From Snowella sp. (lineage in GTDB: Bacteria; Cyanobacteriota; Cyanobacteriia; Cyanobacteriales; Microcystaceae): DNA of 35,365 nucleotides. Each line of letters starts with the position of its first letter. Positions within the stretch are counted from its first letter, which is position 1. A program made the position numbers and the translations under genes. Shown piece after piece: positions 9,434 to 19,750 of this stretch. The stretch spans positions 1-35,365 of the forward strand of contig JAYKGY010000075.1 of NCBI GenBank assembly GCA_035285545.1, given 5' to 3'. Under the pieces are notes generated by a model. That model did no database searches. It had not been told where the DNA came from and saw nothing but the letters and a program-made list of their open reading frames with translations.

Positions 9434-10540
9434 ATGTATAATAATCAATCTGACGTTATTTTTCTTTGTATAGAATTTGTTTACTTAGCATTATGCTTAG
9501 TTTACATTTTTAGTTCAATTTCTATTGTCCGTTGGGTTGCTTATTTCGTGACCGGCTTTAAATTTTCTATGTCGGCCTTGTATAGTCAAGACATCATGAC
9601 TTATCAAATCATTTATGATAAGGTCAGCAAGATTAGCCTTGAGTCATTTATGGGACAAGAGGGCGGATTTACCAGTCTTTTATACATTACAAAGTCGTTG
9701 GGTATCTCGCTGGGATTATTTCACTGTTTGGAAATTGTATTGTTTTTATATTCCATCAGTTATTTATTTGAATGTTTTGTTCCGAAAAATAAAGCCATTG
9801 CCATCAGTTTAATTTTTGGGTTGCAACCCGTTCCTGGGGAATTAGCAATTTATCTTTTAAGACAAATTCTCTCCACTAGCATTATGTTGTTTGCCTTGGG
9901 GTTATTTTTTAGAAAGAAAATTACTTGGGCATGGATTTTAGCGATTTTTTCCAGTATATTTCATTCAAGCTCATTCTTTTATCTTCCTTTTTTTCTCGGT
10001 GGCTTATTTACTAAAAAATTGACTAAAACCTTAGTCATTTTCTTAGGATACGCTCTGATATTTTTAATCACTTATAATTTTGATTTTGGTAGAGATCTTG
10101 TCTTAAGTACCTTAGGAGAAGATTCCCTCTATGCAGAAAAATATGAAGCCTATGAACAGTATGCTGAACGGGAAAATTGGCGAGCCTTTACGGCCGGTTT
10201 TTTTAGCATTTTAATGATACTGTACTTTGTTGGCATCAATGTTCTGAAGAAGGGGCTTTTTTGGAAGAGCCAACTCTGGTTTTTTTATACGTTCACCGTT
10301 GCGATTACCCTATTTCGTTTAATCTTAGAAAGAGTCGGTGTTTTTTGGCTTTCTTCTCGATTTAATTTTATTTCTTCTATTTTTGTCCTGAGTTCTAATA
10401 TTTTGCTAACTTTTGAAATTATTCCCGAAAAAGAAGACCAATTTTTTCTAGCATTAATTTCAATACTCTTATTTGGGGTTTCAGTGATTATCATACTCTC
10501 AGGATTTGACCGAAATATGTTATTTAGAATTCCCTCTTAA
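9434..10540 (+). CDS. EpsG/Wzy-like polysaccharide polymerase (multi-pass membrane protein)
   Basis: About 10 hydrophobic segments, with LLRQILS and IFHSSS motifs typical of the EpsG family. Last gene of the glycosyltransferase cluster. Confidence 0.7.
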   Translation: MYNNQSDVIFLCIEFVYLALCLVYIFSSISIVRWVAYFVTGFKFSMSALYSQDIMTYQIIYDKVSKISLESFMGQEGGFTSLLYITKSLGISLGLFHCLEIVLFLYSISYLFECFVPKNKAIAISLIFGLQPVPGELAIYLLRQILSTSIMLFALGLFFRKKITWAWILAIFSSIFHSSSFFYLPFFLGGLFTKKLTKTLVIFLGYALIFLITYNFDFGRDLVLSTLGEDSLYAEKYEAYEQYAERENWRAFTAGFFSILMILYFVGINVLKKGLFWKSQLWFFYTFTVAITLFRLILERVGVFWLSSRFNFISSIFVLSSNILLTFEIIPEKEDQFFLALISILLFGVSVIIILSGFDRNMLFRIPS

Positions 10541-10574
10541 TGGGTGTTTTAGACGATCAAAAAAGTCAATATTT

Positions 10575-11468
10575 TCAGATTAATTGAGGCAACAATAACG
10601 TTATAAAGTAGTAGACTAGGGGGGCTGTAAAGACGTAACTATCGGTACGGTCTAAGATGCCGCCATGGCCAGGAATCAATTGTCCCGAATCTTTCACTCC
10701 GGCATCCCGTTTCATCATTGATTCGGTGAGATCTCCCAGAAGGCTGACAATTCCAATTAAAATGCCGAGTAATAGTCCTGTGATTTGCCAATAGGGCCAA
10801 TCGAGATACCATGCTCCTAGCGTTGCAACGAGTACACTTCCTAAAATGCCGAAAATAGAACCTTCTATCGTTTTTTTGGGACTAATTTCTGATAAACGAG
10901 TTTTTCCCAGCCATTTTCCCATAATGTAGGCTCCGATATCCGCTGCCCAAATGCAACAAAAAGCCAGAAAGGTGACTTTTAAGGGCAGGGTAAATAGTTG
11001 GGATTGAAATTCCAGCCAGGTATCGGGTAAATATTCGATCAAAGGAAGATGACGGGAAGAGGTCGCGATCGCGTCGGGCCAATCGGACAAACCGACCCGT
11101 AATCTTACCCAATAACTCGGTAAATAGCCACCGTAAAACAATCCGAGCAAAGAAGTGGAAATATCAGCAATCGTGGCGAATTTAGGCTGGAATAACAGGT
11201 AAAAGCAAATTAAGGCCCCTGCTAAGGGAAACAGCGCGTCGGTTAAGTTAGGGGAAATCGTGGCACAAATGACTAAAAATAACGACAAAATGATGGTTGT
11301 CTTAGCGGCGGGTGCGATCCCTTTAGCCCGAACAAGTTGGAAATATTCCCGTTGCCCCTGAAAAATAATGAGGCTCATAGCAACCGTAAAATACCACCCA
11401 CCTAAAATGAGCATGACCAATGCCAGCGCGATCGCGACAATCGTACTAATAATCCGAGTCCAGGGCAT
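10575..11468 (-). CDS. cdsA: Phosphatidate cytidylyltransferase
   Basis: WAADIGAY, ISPKKTIEG and GDLTESMMKRDAGVKDSGQLIPGHGGILDRTDS motifs. Confidence 0.96.
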   Translation of the reverse strand: MPWTRIISTIVAIALALVMLILGGWYFTVAMSLIIFQGQREYFQLVRAKGIAPAAKTTIILSLFLVICATISPNLTDALFPLAGALICFYLLFQPKFATIADISTSLLGLFYGGYLPSYWVRLRVGLSDWPDAIATSSRHLPLIEYLPDTWLEFQSQLFTLPLKVTFLAFCCIWAADIGAYIMGKWLGKTRLSEISPKKTIEGSIFGILGSVLVATLGAWYLDWPYWQITGLLLGILIGIVSLLGDLTESMMKRDAGVKDSGQLIPGHGGILDRTDSYVFTAPLVYYFITLLLPQLI

Positions 11469-11603
11469 AAAAGCAACGGGGTAAGTTCTTAATCAAACTT
11501 CCCAAAAATGTTAACCATTTCTTATCCTTACTTATTGTAGGGAATTTGGGTATTTCTTTTTTTTACGAAGATCAAGACTTCAAAAATATGGCAATTAGGG
11601 CAC

Positions 11604-12536
11604 CTAAGAAGAGATTCTGCGCTGTAAAGTTTTCAACAATTTATTAAAGCTTTCGGGTAAGGGCGCGATCGCGGTAATCACTTCTTCAGTTACAGGATGA
11701 ATTAAGCTTAGCCGATGGGCGTGGAGAGCTTGACCTGGTAAATTGACCCCCAACGAATGCCCCGAACTATAAACCGGATCCCCCACAATGGGGAAACCTA
11801 AATGTTTACTATGCACCCGTATTTGGTGAGTTCGTCCCGTTTCTAGCTGAAATTCCATCAGGGTATAATTTCCCAACCGTTCCAAGATGCGCCAATGGGT
11901 CACGGATTCCCGCCCGCCTTTTTCGACGGGGACGATGGCCATTCTTTGGCGATCGCGAGGACAGCGACCGATAGGTAAATCAATGGTTCCTGTCTCGGTT
12001 TTGGGCGTTCCGTAGACAATCCCCCAATATTCCCGCCGAGCCGTTTTTGCTTTTAATTGGGCTTGCAAATGCTGAAAAGCCTGATCGGTTTTGGCAACCA
12101 CCATTGCGCCCGTAGTGTCTTTATCCAAGCGATGGACAATACCTGGTCGTTCTACGCCACCAATTCCCACTAAATCAGGACAGTGGGCTAACAAAGCATT
12201 AACTAAGGTTCCTTCTGCATGGCCAGGCGAGGGGTGAACCACTAATCCTGCTGGTTTATTGACAATAATTAAGGAACTATCTTCATAGAGAATCTCTAGG
12301 GGAATGGATTCGGGCTTGAGGTCTAACGGTTGTACAGGCGGAATGGTAATGGTTAGGCGATCGCCGTTTTGAATCTTATGCTGTTTTTCCACACAGATCT
12401 GGCCATTAACTTGAACCTGACCCTGTTCAATCAACTTTTGCAGCCGCGATCGCGATAGCTCAGCCAACTGGGAAGCCAACCAACGGTCTAACCGTTCCGT
12501 TCCCTGCTCAACCGTTAACTCAATACACTCTTCCAA
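11604..12536 (-). CDS. rluD: RluA/RluD family pseudouridine synthase with an N-terminal S4 domain
   Basis: RLDRWL..SRSRLQKLI, NKPAGLVVHP, HRLDKDTTG and LETGRTHQIRVH motifs; TTG start. Confidence 0.88.
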   Translation of the reverse strand: MEECIELTVEQGTERLDRWLASQLAELSRSRLQKLIEQGQVQVNGQICVEKQHKIQNGDRLTITIPPVQPLDLKPESIPLEILYEDSSLIIVNKPAGLVVHPSPGHAEGTLVNALLAHCPDLVGIGGVERPGIVHRLDKDTTGAMVVAKTDQAFQHLQAQLKAKTARREYWGIVYGTPKTETGTIDLPIGRCPRDRQRMAIVPVEKGGRESVTHWRILERLGNYTLMEFQLETGRTHQIRVHSKHLGFPIVGDPVYSSGHSLGVNLPGQALHAHRLSLIHPVTEEVITAIAPLPESFNKLLKTLQRRISS

Positions 12537-12568
12537 AATCGATTCCCAACCTGTGAAATTATCTGGCT

Positions 12569-14044
12569 TTACTTATGACGGATATGCTCATAGACCCCGA
12601 CATACTGCTCCCCTGGATGATTCCAAGAATAATCGTAAGCCATGCCCTGTAACGCCAACTGTTTAAATAGCTCAGGGCTTTGATTATAGAGATCAATTGC
12701 CCGTCCTAATGCCGATTCTAACCCCGTTTGATCCGCTTCATAGAAAACAAAACCATTGCGTTCTTCAGGTAAGCATTCTGTGTCGTAATCCCAATCAAAG
12801 ACCGTATTGACTAACCCCCCAACACCCCGCACCACTGGAACCGTCCCATAACGCAGACCAATCATCTGGGTCAAACCACAGGGTTCATAATTGCTCGGAA
12901 CCACGATCATATCAGCCCCAGCATAAATTAAATGGGATAACTCTTCATTAAAACCCAATTCCAAATGAACATCAGGATTCCCTGTTAAATGATTTTTCTC
13001 ATGCCAGAACTTAAAGTTAAGTCGCTGCTCCGTTGCTGATCCTAATAAAACAAATTGACAACCACGCGCCAAGGCGTAATAAATGGCATGGTGAACTAAA
13101 TGAACCCCTTTTTGCTCATCCAAACGACCAATAAAACAGACTAGGGGCTTATCAGACACGTCTAAAGAAAGCCGTTTTTGTAGTTCTTTTTTATTTTTTG
13201 CTTTTTCCGCAAAGGTATCAATGCTATAAGGGTGATCAATAAACTTATCTAGCTCAGGGTTCCACACTTCATAATCAATACCGTTTAAGATCCCGCCAAA
13301 CTTATGTTGATGGAGTTCTAGCGTATGGCCTAACCCATAACTAATATCCGAAAAACGAGCCTCCCAAGCATGATGGGGCGAAACCGTATTCACAAAATTA
13401 GAATAAACAATCCCCGCTTTCATAAAATTAATGGCAAACGGATTGAAGTTATCCTGTAAGCGATCGTAAGTATAATAATAAGCTTCGTTATTTAGCCCCG
13501 TACCTCGCAGTGCATTCAGCCCTGAAATCCCCTGATGTTTAAAATTATGAATGGTATAACAAACCCGCTGATTTGCCATGCCATGATGCTTATAAATTTC
13601 AAATAATAAAACCGGAATCAAACCCGTTTGCCAGTCATGACAATGGATAATATCGGGGCGTTTATTTGTAATATGTAAAAACTCGATCGCGGCCTTACTG
13701 AAGAAAGCAAACCGCATATCATCATCTCTTGCACCGTAGTAATGACCCCGATCAAAATAGTTCTCAGCCGAATGGGGACGAATAAAGAAACAAAGGCGAC
13801 CATAAACCCAACCACAAAACACCGCACAATGAACCGTACCCCCATCCCAAGGCACGTAGAGATCCTTATACGCCTCATGGAGTCCCCAAATATGGTCATA
13901 GCGCATGCAGTCATACATCGGCAGAATCAGTTCTACGCAATGCCCCCGAAGCTCTAGTTCTCGGCTTAATCCATAGATCACATCCCCTAAACCGCCCGCT
14001 TTGATCACGGGAGCACATTCTGAGGCAATTTGGACGATATACAT
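12569..14044 (-). CDS. glgA: Glycogen synthase (GlgA2-type)
   Basis: KAGGLGDV, HCHDWQT, TIHNFKHQG and PSNYEPCGLTQM motifs. Confidence 0.96.
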   Translation of the reverse strand: MYIVQIASECAPVIKAGGLGDVIYGLSRELELRGHCVELILPMYDCMRYDHIWGLHEAYKDLYVPWDGGTVHCAVFCGWVYGRLCFFIRPHSAENYFDRGHYYGARDDDMRFAFFSKAAIEFLHITNKRPDIIHCHDWQTGLIPVLLFEIYKHHGMANQRVCYTIHNFKHQGISGLNALRGTGLNNEAYYYTYDRLQDNFNPFAINFMKAGIVYSNFVNTVSPHHAWEARFSDISYGLGHTLELHQHKFGGILNGIDYEVWNPELDKFIDHPYSIDTFAEKAKNKKELQKRLSLDVSDKPLVCFIGRLDEQKGVHLVHHAIYYALARGCQFVLLGSATEQRLNFKFWHEKNHLTGNPDVHLELGFNEELSHLIYAGADMIVVPSNYEPCGLTQMIGLRYGTVPVVRGVGGLVNTVFDWDYDTECLPEERNGFVFYEADQTGLESALGRAIDLYNQSPELFKQLALQGMAYDYSWNHPGEQYVGVYEHIRHK

Positions 14045-14217
14045 ACTGACTCCTAAGGGATTGTTAAAAAGAGTTTAAAACAGCGACTTTGAATTGTTGC
14101 TTGTATTGTCCTATATTTTTGCAACAATGCTACCCAATCCGTCAAGTATAAAAAATAAAAACCTGAAGAGATAAAACAATACAGTTTAATTAATCAAATT
14201 CAAAAATGATTTAGTAA

Positions 14218-14388
14218 GTAGAGCAACCAAATAAAATATCAAAAGGATTTAACAGTACTAAATCTCTATAAAAAATTATCTAGGGACATAATACGTAGAA
14301 CAACCAAATAAAACCTCAAAAGGATTTAACAGTGTTAATCCCTACAGGAGAGATATTTTCGTAGGGACATAATACTATTATGTCCTTA
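14218..14388. repeat. Imperfect tandem duplication (about 77 and 81 bp) carrying REP-like palindromes
   Basis: gtaga(g/a)caaccaaataaaa..tcaaaaggatttaacagt...tagggacataatac occurs at 14218-14294 and 14295-14375. Perfect palindrome ggacataata-c-tattatgtcc at 14365-14385. Confidence 0.8.
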
Positions 14389-14571
14389 GCAATAAAACTT
14401 ATTTTGCTTTTAACTAAATTGTGTTAATTACTATTATGTCTTTGAATGTAAAATTATTTTCCTTCAAGTAAGTTGACTTCTTTATTATTTGTTTAAAATA
14501 AGTCTTAAAAACATTGATTAAAAAATAAAAGGTAAGATTGAAAATTGTTGAATTAAAGTTTGGATCAAAAA

Positions 14572-15300
14572 TTATAACTTACCATGATAAGCCGCTCCTA
14601 AATACAATTCACCGACCATCGGATCATTCAAAAGGGCAGGCCCCGTTCCTTGTAATTTATCTTTGCCATTTTCCAGAACGTAACCCCGATCCGCCATCAT
14701 CAACGCCTGTTTTGCATTTTGTTCCACTAAGGCGATCGCTTTTCCTGCACTATTAATTGCCTTGATTTGCTCAAACACATCTTTCACTAATATCGGAGAA
14801 AGGGCGGCTGACGGTTCATCAAGTAGTAATAAATCCGGATCTAACATCAAAGCCCGTCCCATGGCCAACATTTGCCGTTCTCCCCCCGATAACGTTCCCG
14901 CTTTTTGGTGACGACGTTGGGCTAACTTGGGAAACATGGTATAAATTTTGTCTTTCAATGGTTTGAGGGAACCCTGATGCAAAAACGCGCCCATTTCCAA
15001 ATTTTCAGAAACGGTTAGAGCTGCAAAGACATTAGAAACCTGGGGAACATAACACATGCCTCGTCGCACAATTTGATCCGAGGGAAGCCCCGCAATATTT
15101 TCCCCTTTGAACATAATTTTGCCATCGCTAGGGGTTAACAACCCAAAGACCGTTTTAGCTAAGGTGGATTTTCCGGCCCCATTCGGGCCAATGACCGTTA
15201 CCAATTCCCCTGGTTTAATGGTGAAATTAATTCCCTGTAAAATGGGTAAGTCCTTAATATATCCCGCGTAGACATTTTCAACTTCTAATAAATTGGTCAT
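14572..15300 (-). CDS. natE: Branched-chain/neutral amino acid ABC transporter ATP-binding subunit (LivF/NatE-like)
   Basis: GPNGAGKST, LSGGERQMLAMGRAL, LLLDEPSAAL and VEQNA motifs. Confidence 0.75.
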   Translation of the reverse strand: MTNLLEVENVYAGYIKDLPILQGINFTIKPGELVTVIGPNGAGKSTLAKTVFGLLTPSDGKIMFKGENIAGLPSDQIVRRGMCYVPQVSNVFAALTVSENLEMGAFLHQGSLKPLKDKIYTMFPKLAQRRHQKAGTLSGGERQMLAMGRALMLDPDLLLLDEPSAALSPILVKDVFEQIKAINSAGKAIALVEQNAKQALMMADRGYVLENGKDKLQGTGPALLNDPMVGELYLGAAYHGKL

Positions 15301-15351
15301 TTCCCCTAGCCTCTGATTGACATAGCCTGATGCTCCCTTTATTAACTGCGA

Positions 15352-15576
15352 TTAGGGGGTTGTTTGTAAATCGGGCCGTTCTTCAGGAACGATCGCGCCA
15401 TCGACGGGGCAAACCTGTAAACAAATTCCACAATCAATACAGGTGGCAAAATCGATCCAATACCAATCGGTTCCTTTCGTATTTTTACCAGGACCGGGAT
15501 GAATACAGGCAACCGGACAGGCATCCACGCAATCGGCGACACCTTCACAAACGTTGGTAACAATAGTGTGGGGCAT
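15352..15576 (-). CDS. Bacterial-type dicluster ferredoxin (Fed8-like, probably 3Fe-4S plus 4Fe-4S)
   Basis: CEGVADCVDACP (the second Cys position is Val) and CIDCGICLQVCP. Confidence 0.9.
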   Translation of the reverse strand: MPHTIVTNVCEGVADCVDACPVACIHPGPGKNTKGTDWYWIDFATCIDCGICLQVCPVDGAIVPEERPDLQTTP

Positions 15577-15585
15577 AATTTTTCA

Positions 15586-15603
15586 GTTACATTCCGTTAC
15601 ATA
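15586..15603. promoter_or_regulatory. HLR1-type RpaB binding site upstream of the ferredoxin gene
   Basis: GTTACATT-CC-GTTACATA exactly matches (G/T)TTACA(T/A)(T/A)-N2-(G/T)TTACA(T/A)(T/A). Confidence 0.7.
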
Positions 15604-15778
15604 CAATCGTCATTACTTAGGGTACACGATTTTTCCCTTCCGATGGACTGCATACAACGGTAATATCGGCCACCAACTCATTATTCACAAATCACCAAAA
15701 ATAAACAGAACACCCCCTAAGCAAAAACATCAAGGGTGAACTGCTTGACTGAAGTACTTTTGTTATTTAGATATTAAA

Positions 15779-15852
<74 letters not shown>

Positions 15853-15863
15853 TTGCTTTTATT

Positions 15864-15892
15864 AATATAACGTATCGGGAGATTAATGACAA
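15864..15892 (-). promoter_or_regulatory. Sigma70-type promoter of tRNA-fMet
   Basis: Minus strand reads TTGTCA-17 nt-TATATT, ending 11 nt before the tRNA 5' end. Confidence 0.7.
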
Positions 15893-16046
15893 CGATATTA
15901 TTTTTTTGAGTCATGGCGAAAAGGCTAAGAGCCTCAAACCTTAAGGAAGGCTTAAATCTTGCTACGAAGTCTCAAAATTCCCCAATCCACTAGGGTAAAC
16001 TAACAAATTAATTATTCATTCTCAAATTGATCGGGATAAATTAAAT

Positions 16047-16643
16047 ATGACACCGTTACGGGTTGGAATCGCAGGGCCAGTGGGATCGGGCAAAACGGCT
16101 TTATTAGATTCTTTATGTAAATCTCTGCGGGATAGGTATCAAATTGCCGTCGTTACTAACGATATCTATACCCAAGAAGATGCTCAATTTTTAGTGCGTT
16201 CCCAAGCCCTCAGCCGCGATCGCATCATTGGAGTAGAAACAGGAGGGTGTCCCCATACGGCCATACGGGAAGATGCTTCTATGAATCTCGCTGCCATTGA
16301 AGAATTGGAAAAACAGTTTAGTCCTTTGGATTTAGTTTTTTTAGAAAGTGGCGGGGATAACTTAGCCGCAACCTTTAGCCCTGAATTAGTGGATTTAACG
16401 CTGTATGTCATTGATGTGGCCGCAGGGGACAAAATCCCCCGTAAAGGCGGGCCAGGCATTACCAAATCTGATCTGTTAGTAATTAACAAAATTGATTTGG
16501 CCCCCCTCGTTGGCGCAGATTTAGGCATAATGGAACGGGATGCAAAAAAAATGCGGGGAGATAAACCGTTTATTTTTACTAACTTAAAAACTCAAGAAGG
16601 TTTAGCAAGCATTATCGATTTTGTCAAACATCATCTCGTTTAA
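16047..16643 (+). CDS. ureG: Urease accessory GTPase UreG
   Basis: [37 protein letters not shown] and INKIDLAP motifs. Confidence 0.97.
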   Translation: MTPLRVGIAGPVGSGKTALLDSLCKSLRDRYQIAVVTNDIYTQEDAQFLVRSQALSRDRIIGVETGGCPHTAIREDASMNLAAIEELEKQFSPLDLVFLESGGDNLAATFSPELVDLTLYVIDVAAGDKIPRKGGPGITKSDLLVINKIDLAPLVGADLGIMERDAKKMRGDKPFIFTNLKTQEGLASIIDFVKHHLV

Positions 16644-16780
16644 AAGAATTCATGGTGGCTAAAAATATGGGATATTTGTTCCCAGTCCGAGGCTATCCAA
16701 ACCTTTTTTTATTTTTATAAAGAAATCAGCAAAGTTTCTGAGATTTGTAAAATTGATATTCATAATTCTTCCTGGCATTT

Positions 16781-16823
16781 TGTATTAGAAATAACATTTT
16801 ATTGGCAGAGATCACTCTAAGAT
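16781..16823 (+). promoter_or_regulatory. NtcA-activated promoter of urtA
   Basis: tGTA-TTAGAAAT-AACa (one mismatch to GTA-N8-TAC) is followed exactly 22 nt later by the -10 element TAAGAT (16818-16823). Confidence 0.8.
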
Positions 16824-16909
16824 ACACTCTTTGATATCTGAGAATATACTGACTTCACTCCTCACTATTTAGTTCTGCTTAAGTTTTACGAGGTTGATCA
16901 ATTACGATT

Positions 16910-18253
16910 ATGACAAGTCGATTAGGAAGACGTAAATTTTTACTCTACGGTTCTGCAACTTTAGGCACAAGTTTGTTATTAAAAGCCTGTGGTGGCGGTG
17001 GAGAAAGTCCGAATAACACAACGACCACAACGGCTTCTCCGGGTACCGAAGCAAGTCCTGCTGCTGGCGGCGGAGATACCATTAAAGTAGGGATTTTACA
17101 CTCTCTGAGTGGAACGATGGCTATCAGTGAAACCACTGTGGTTGACGCAGAACTCATGGCGATCGAAGAGATTAATGCGGCCGGTGGCGTTTTAGGTAAA
17201 AAAATTGAGCCAATTAAGGAAGATGGTGCGTCTGACTGGCCAACCTTTGCCGAAAAAGCAACCAAGTTAATTGATCAAGACAAAGTAGTTGCTATCTTTG
17301 GTTGCTGGACATCCGCTAGCCGTAAAGCGGTGTTACCCGTGTTTGAGTCGAAAAATCATATGCTCTGGTATCCCGTTCAATACGAAGGCCAAGAGTGTTC
17401 CAAAAATGTTTTCTATACGGGAGCCGCACCAAACCAACAAATTGAGCCTGCGGTGAATTGGTTATTAGAAAATAAAGGCAAAGAATTTTTCTTAGTCGGT
17501 TCAGATTATGTTTTTCCCCGTACTGCAAATACCATCATTAAAGAGCAATTAAAAGCTAAAGGTGGTAAAACCGTAGGGGAAGACTATTTACCCTTAGGGA
17601 ATACGGAAGTTACTCCCATTATCACCAAAATCAAACAAGCTCTTCCTAATGGGGGTGTTATTTTCAATACCCTGAATGGAGACAGTAACGTTGCTTTCTT
17701 TAAACAAATTCAATCCGCCGGCTTAAAACCGGACAAGTATCCTGTGCTGTCGGTCAGTATCGCAGAAGAAGAAGTTCAACAAATTGGGGTGGACTATCTT
17801 TTGGGTCAATACGCTGCTTGGAACTACTTCCAAACCGTTGACACACCGGCTAACAAAAAGTTTGTCGAAGCATTCAAAGCGAAATATGGTGCGGATCGGG
17901 TTACGAATGACCCAGCCGAAGCAGCCTATATTGCGGTTTATCTCTGGAAAAAGGCGGTCGAAAAAGCAGGCACTGCCGATGATTTAGATAAAGTTCGTTT
18001 AGCGGCAATTGGCCAAGAAATGGACGCACCAGAAGGAATGGTGAAAATGACTCCTAACCATCACATTTCCAAAACGGTGCGAATTGGGCAGGTCAACAAA
18101 GATGGACTCTTTGATATCGTTTGGGCAACGGATGGGCCCGTTAATCCTATCCCTTGGAACCAATTTGTCCCTGAAACAAAAGGTTATTCCTGTGATTGGA
18201 CAAGAACGGATATTAAAGCACCTGATACTCCCGGTAAATTCAAGGAAGCTTAG
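16910..18253 (+). CDS. urtA: Urea ABC transporter substrate-binding lipoprotein
   Basis: Twin-arginine GRRKFL and lipobox LKAC, then [27 protein letters not shown] and [11 protein letters not shown]. Confidence 0.96.
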   Translation: MTSRLGRRKFLLYGSATLGTSLLLKACGGGGESPNNTTTTTASPGTEASPAAGGGDTIKVGILHSLSGTMAISETTVVDAELMAIEEINAAGGVLGKKIEPIKEDGASDWPTFAEKATKLIDQDKVVAIFGCWTSASRKAVLPVFESKNHMLWYPVQYEGQECSKNVFYTGAAPNQQIEPAVNWLLENKGKEFFLVGSDYVFPRTANTIIKEQLKAKGGKTVGEDYLPLGNTEVTPIITKIKQALPNGGVIFNTLNGDSNVAFFKQIQSAGLKPDKYPVLSVSIAEEEVQQIGVDYLLGQYAAWNYFQTVDTPANKKFVEAFKAKYGADRVTNDPAEAAYIAVYLWKKAVEKAGTADDLDKVRLAAIGQEMDAPEGMVKMTPNHHISKTVRIGQVNKDGLFDIVWATDGPVNPIPWNQFVPETKGYSCDWTRTDIKAPDTPGKFKEA

Positions 18254-18286
18254 ACCGAATTTTTAGCCTATAGGTTAATGTTTCGA

Positions 18287-18317
18287 TCCCCCCTAAATCC
18301 TTCTGGAAATGGGGGAA
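18287..18317 (+). terminator. C-run/G-run stem-loop after urtA (terminator or mRNA-stabilising hairpin)
   Basis: tcccccc-taaatccttctggaaat-ggggga in the urtA-urtB spacer. Confidence 0.45.
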
Positions 18318-18478
18318 ATTATCATTTTTTTAAGATTCATTCCCAGTTAAAGAAGCTTTTTCTCCTTGAGTCGTGCTTCCCGTCATCCTTTAACATGGTT
18401 TATCTAAGACAGAAATAAATTACCTTTACGATTAAGTTTTAGTCTAAGTATTGAATTGATTGGGAGAAACACAAGAAA

Positions 18479-19645
18479 GTGTCAGCTATTCTAGAAGGAA
18501 TATTTAATGGATTAAGTATCGGCTCAGTGCTATTAATTGCCGCCTTGGGATTAGCGATTGTTTTTGGCCTAATGGGGGTAATCAATTTGGCGCATGGCGA
18601 ATTAATGATGTTGGGAGCCTATACAACCTTTGTGGTTCAAAATGTGTTTAAACCCTTGGGAGAACCCGTATTTAATTTTTATATCCTAGCCGCTTTACCG
18701 ATGGCTTTTTTAGTGGCAGGTTTAGTGGGGTTGTTGTTAGAAAGGGGGGTAATCCGTTACTTGTATGGGCGACCGTTAGAGACTTTATTGGCGACCTGGG
18801 GGGTTAGCTTAATTCTTCAACAATTTGTTCGCAGTGTGAATGGATTATTGGCCATTTCTCTCGTTTTATTTTGTGTCCTATTTTTTGGTGGATTGTGGTT
18901 TATTAGCCGCCGTTCGGATTGGGAACAGATTCGCGGTAAAGCTCGATTCCTCTTTTTTACCCTATCCCTCGCGATCGCGGTTGCTACCGGATTTTTGATC
19001 AATCAGAGTAAACAGAATAGTTTAATTCGTCCTTGGTTTAGTGCTCGAAACGTCGATGTTACGGCTCCGGCCTGGTTACGAGGCGGCTTACCGTTAGGGG
19101 ATTTTCAGTTACCCTATACGCGGATTTTCATTATTATCCTAACTATTCTTTGCATTGTCGGCGTTTATCTGTTCTTTAATCGTTCTAATTGGGGTTTACG
19201 CATTCGGGCTGTTACTCAAAATCGTCCGATGAGTTCCTGTTTAGGGATTCCCACTGCCCAGGTGGATGCCCTAACCTTTGCCATTGGATCGGGATTAGCC
19301 GGGATCGCGGGATGTGCCATTAGTTTCCTGGGATCGGTTGGGCCAAACACGGGACAGAATTATATTGTCGATACCTTTATGGTCGTTGTGGTAGGGGGCG
19401 TGGGGAATTTGTTGGGAACTATTATTGCGGCGATGGCGATCGGAATTTTGAACTATTTAATTGGTAGCGGAACCTTTGCCTTAATTCTTCCCCCCGGCGA
19501 GATGTTTCAATCCCTGATTGATTTCTTTAACTTCTTTGCCACAACGAGCATGGCAAAAGTGATGATTTTTGCCTTAATTATTGTGTTTTTACAAATTAAA
19601 CCAGCGGGTATTTTTCCGCCGAAGGGACGGACTGCTGAACTGTAA
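18479..19645 (+). CDS. urtB: Urea ABC transporter permease UrtB
   Basis: GVINLAHGELMMLGAY, YGRPLETLLATWG and GLRIRAVTQNR motifs; GTG start. Confidence 0.94.
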   Translation: MSAILEGIFNGLSIGSVLLIAALGLAIVFGLMGVINLAHGELMMLGAYTTFVVQNVFKPLGEPVFNFYILAALPMAFLVAGLVGLLLERGVIRYLYGRPLETLLATWGVSLILQQFVRSVNGLLAISLVLFCVLFFGGLWFISRRSDWEQIRGKARFLFFTLSLAIAVATGFLINQSKQNSLIRPWFSARNVDVTAPAWLRGGLPLGDFQLPYTRIFIIILTILCIVGVYLFFNRSNWGLRIRAVTQNRPMSSCLGIPTAQVDALTFAIGSGLAGIAGCAISFLGSVGPNTGQNYIVDTFMVVVVGGVGNLLGTIIAAMAIGILNYLIGSGTFALILPPGEMFQSLIDFFNFFATTSMAKVMIFALIIVFLQIKPAGIFPPKGRTAEL

Positions 19646-19750
19646 TTCATCCGTAGTCCATAGGGTAAACTGAAATCAACTTCATTCCCTTATTTTTCAG
19701 CAGAAAATCGATCAATTGATGTCAATAATGGCTCATACACCAACCTTAAA

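Noticed and set aside
14218..14388. Repeats as a CRISPR array
   Set aside because: Only two long degenerate units, no unique spacers between identical repeats, and no cas genes in the window.
14572..15300. ABC ATPase as the missing urtE
   Set aside because: It is divergent from urtABC, and its motifs (GERQMLAMGRAL, DEPSAAL, VEQNA) fit LivF/NatE better than UrtE.
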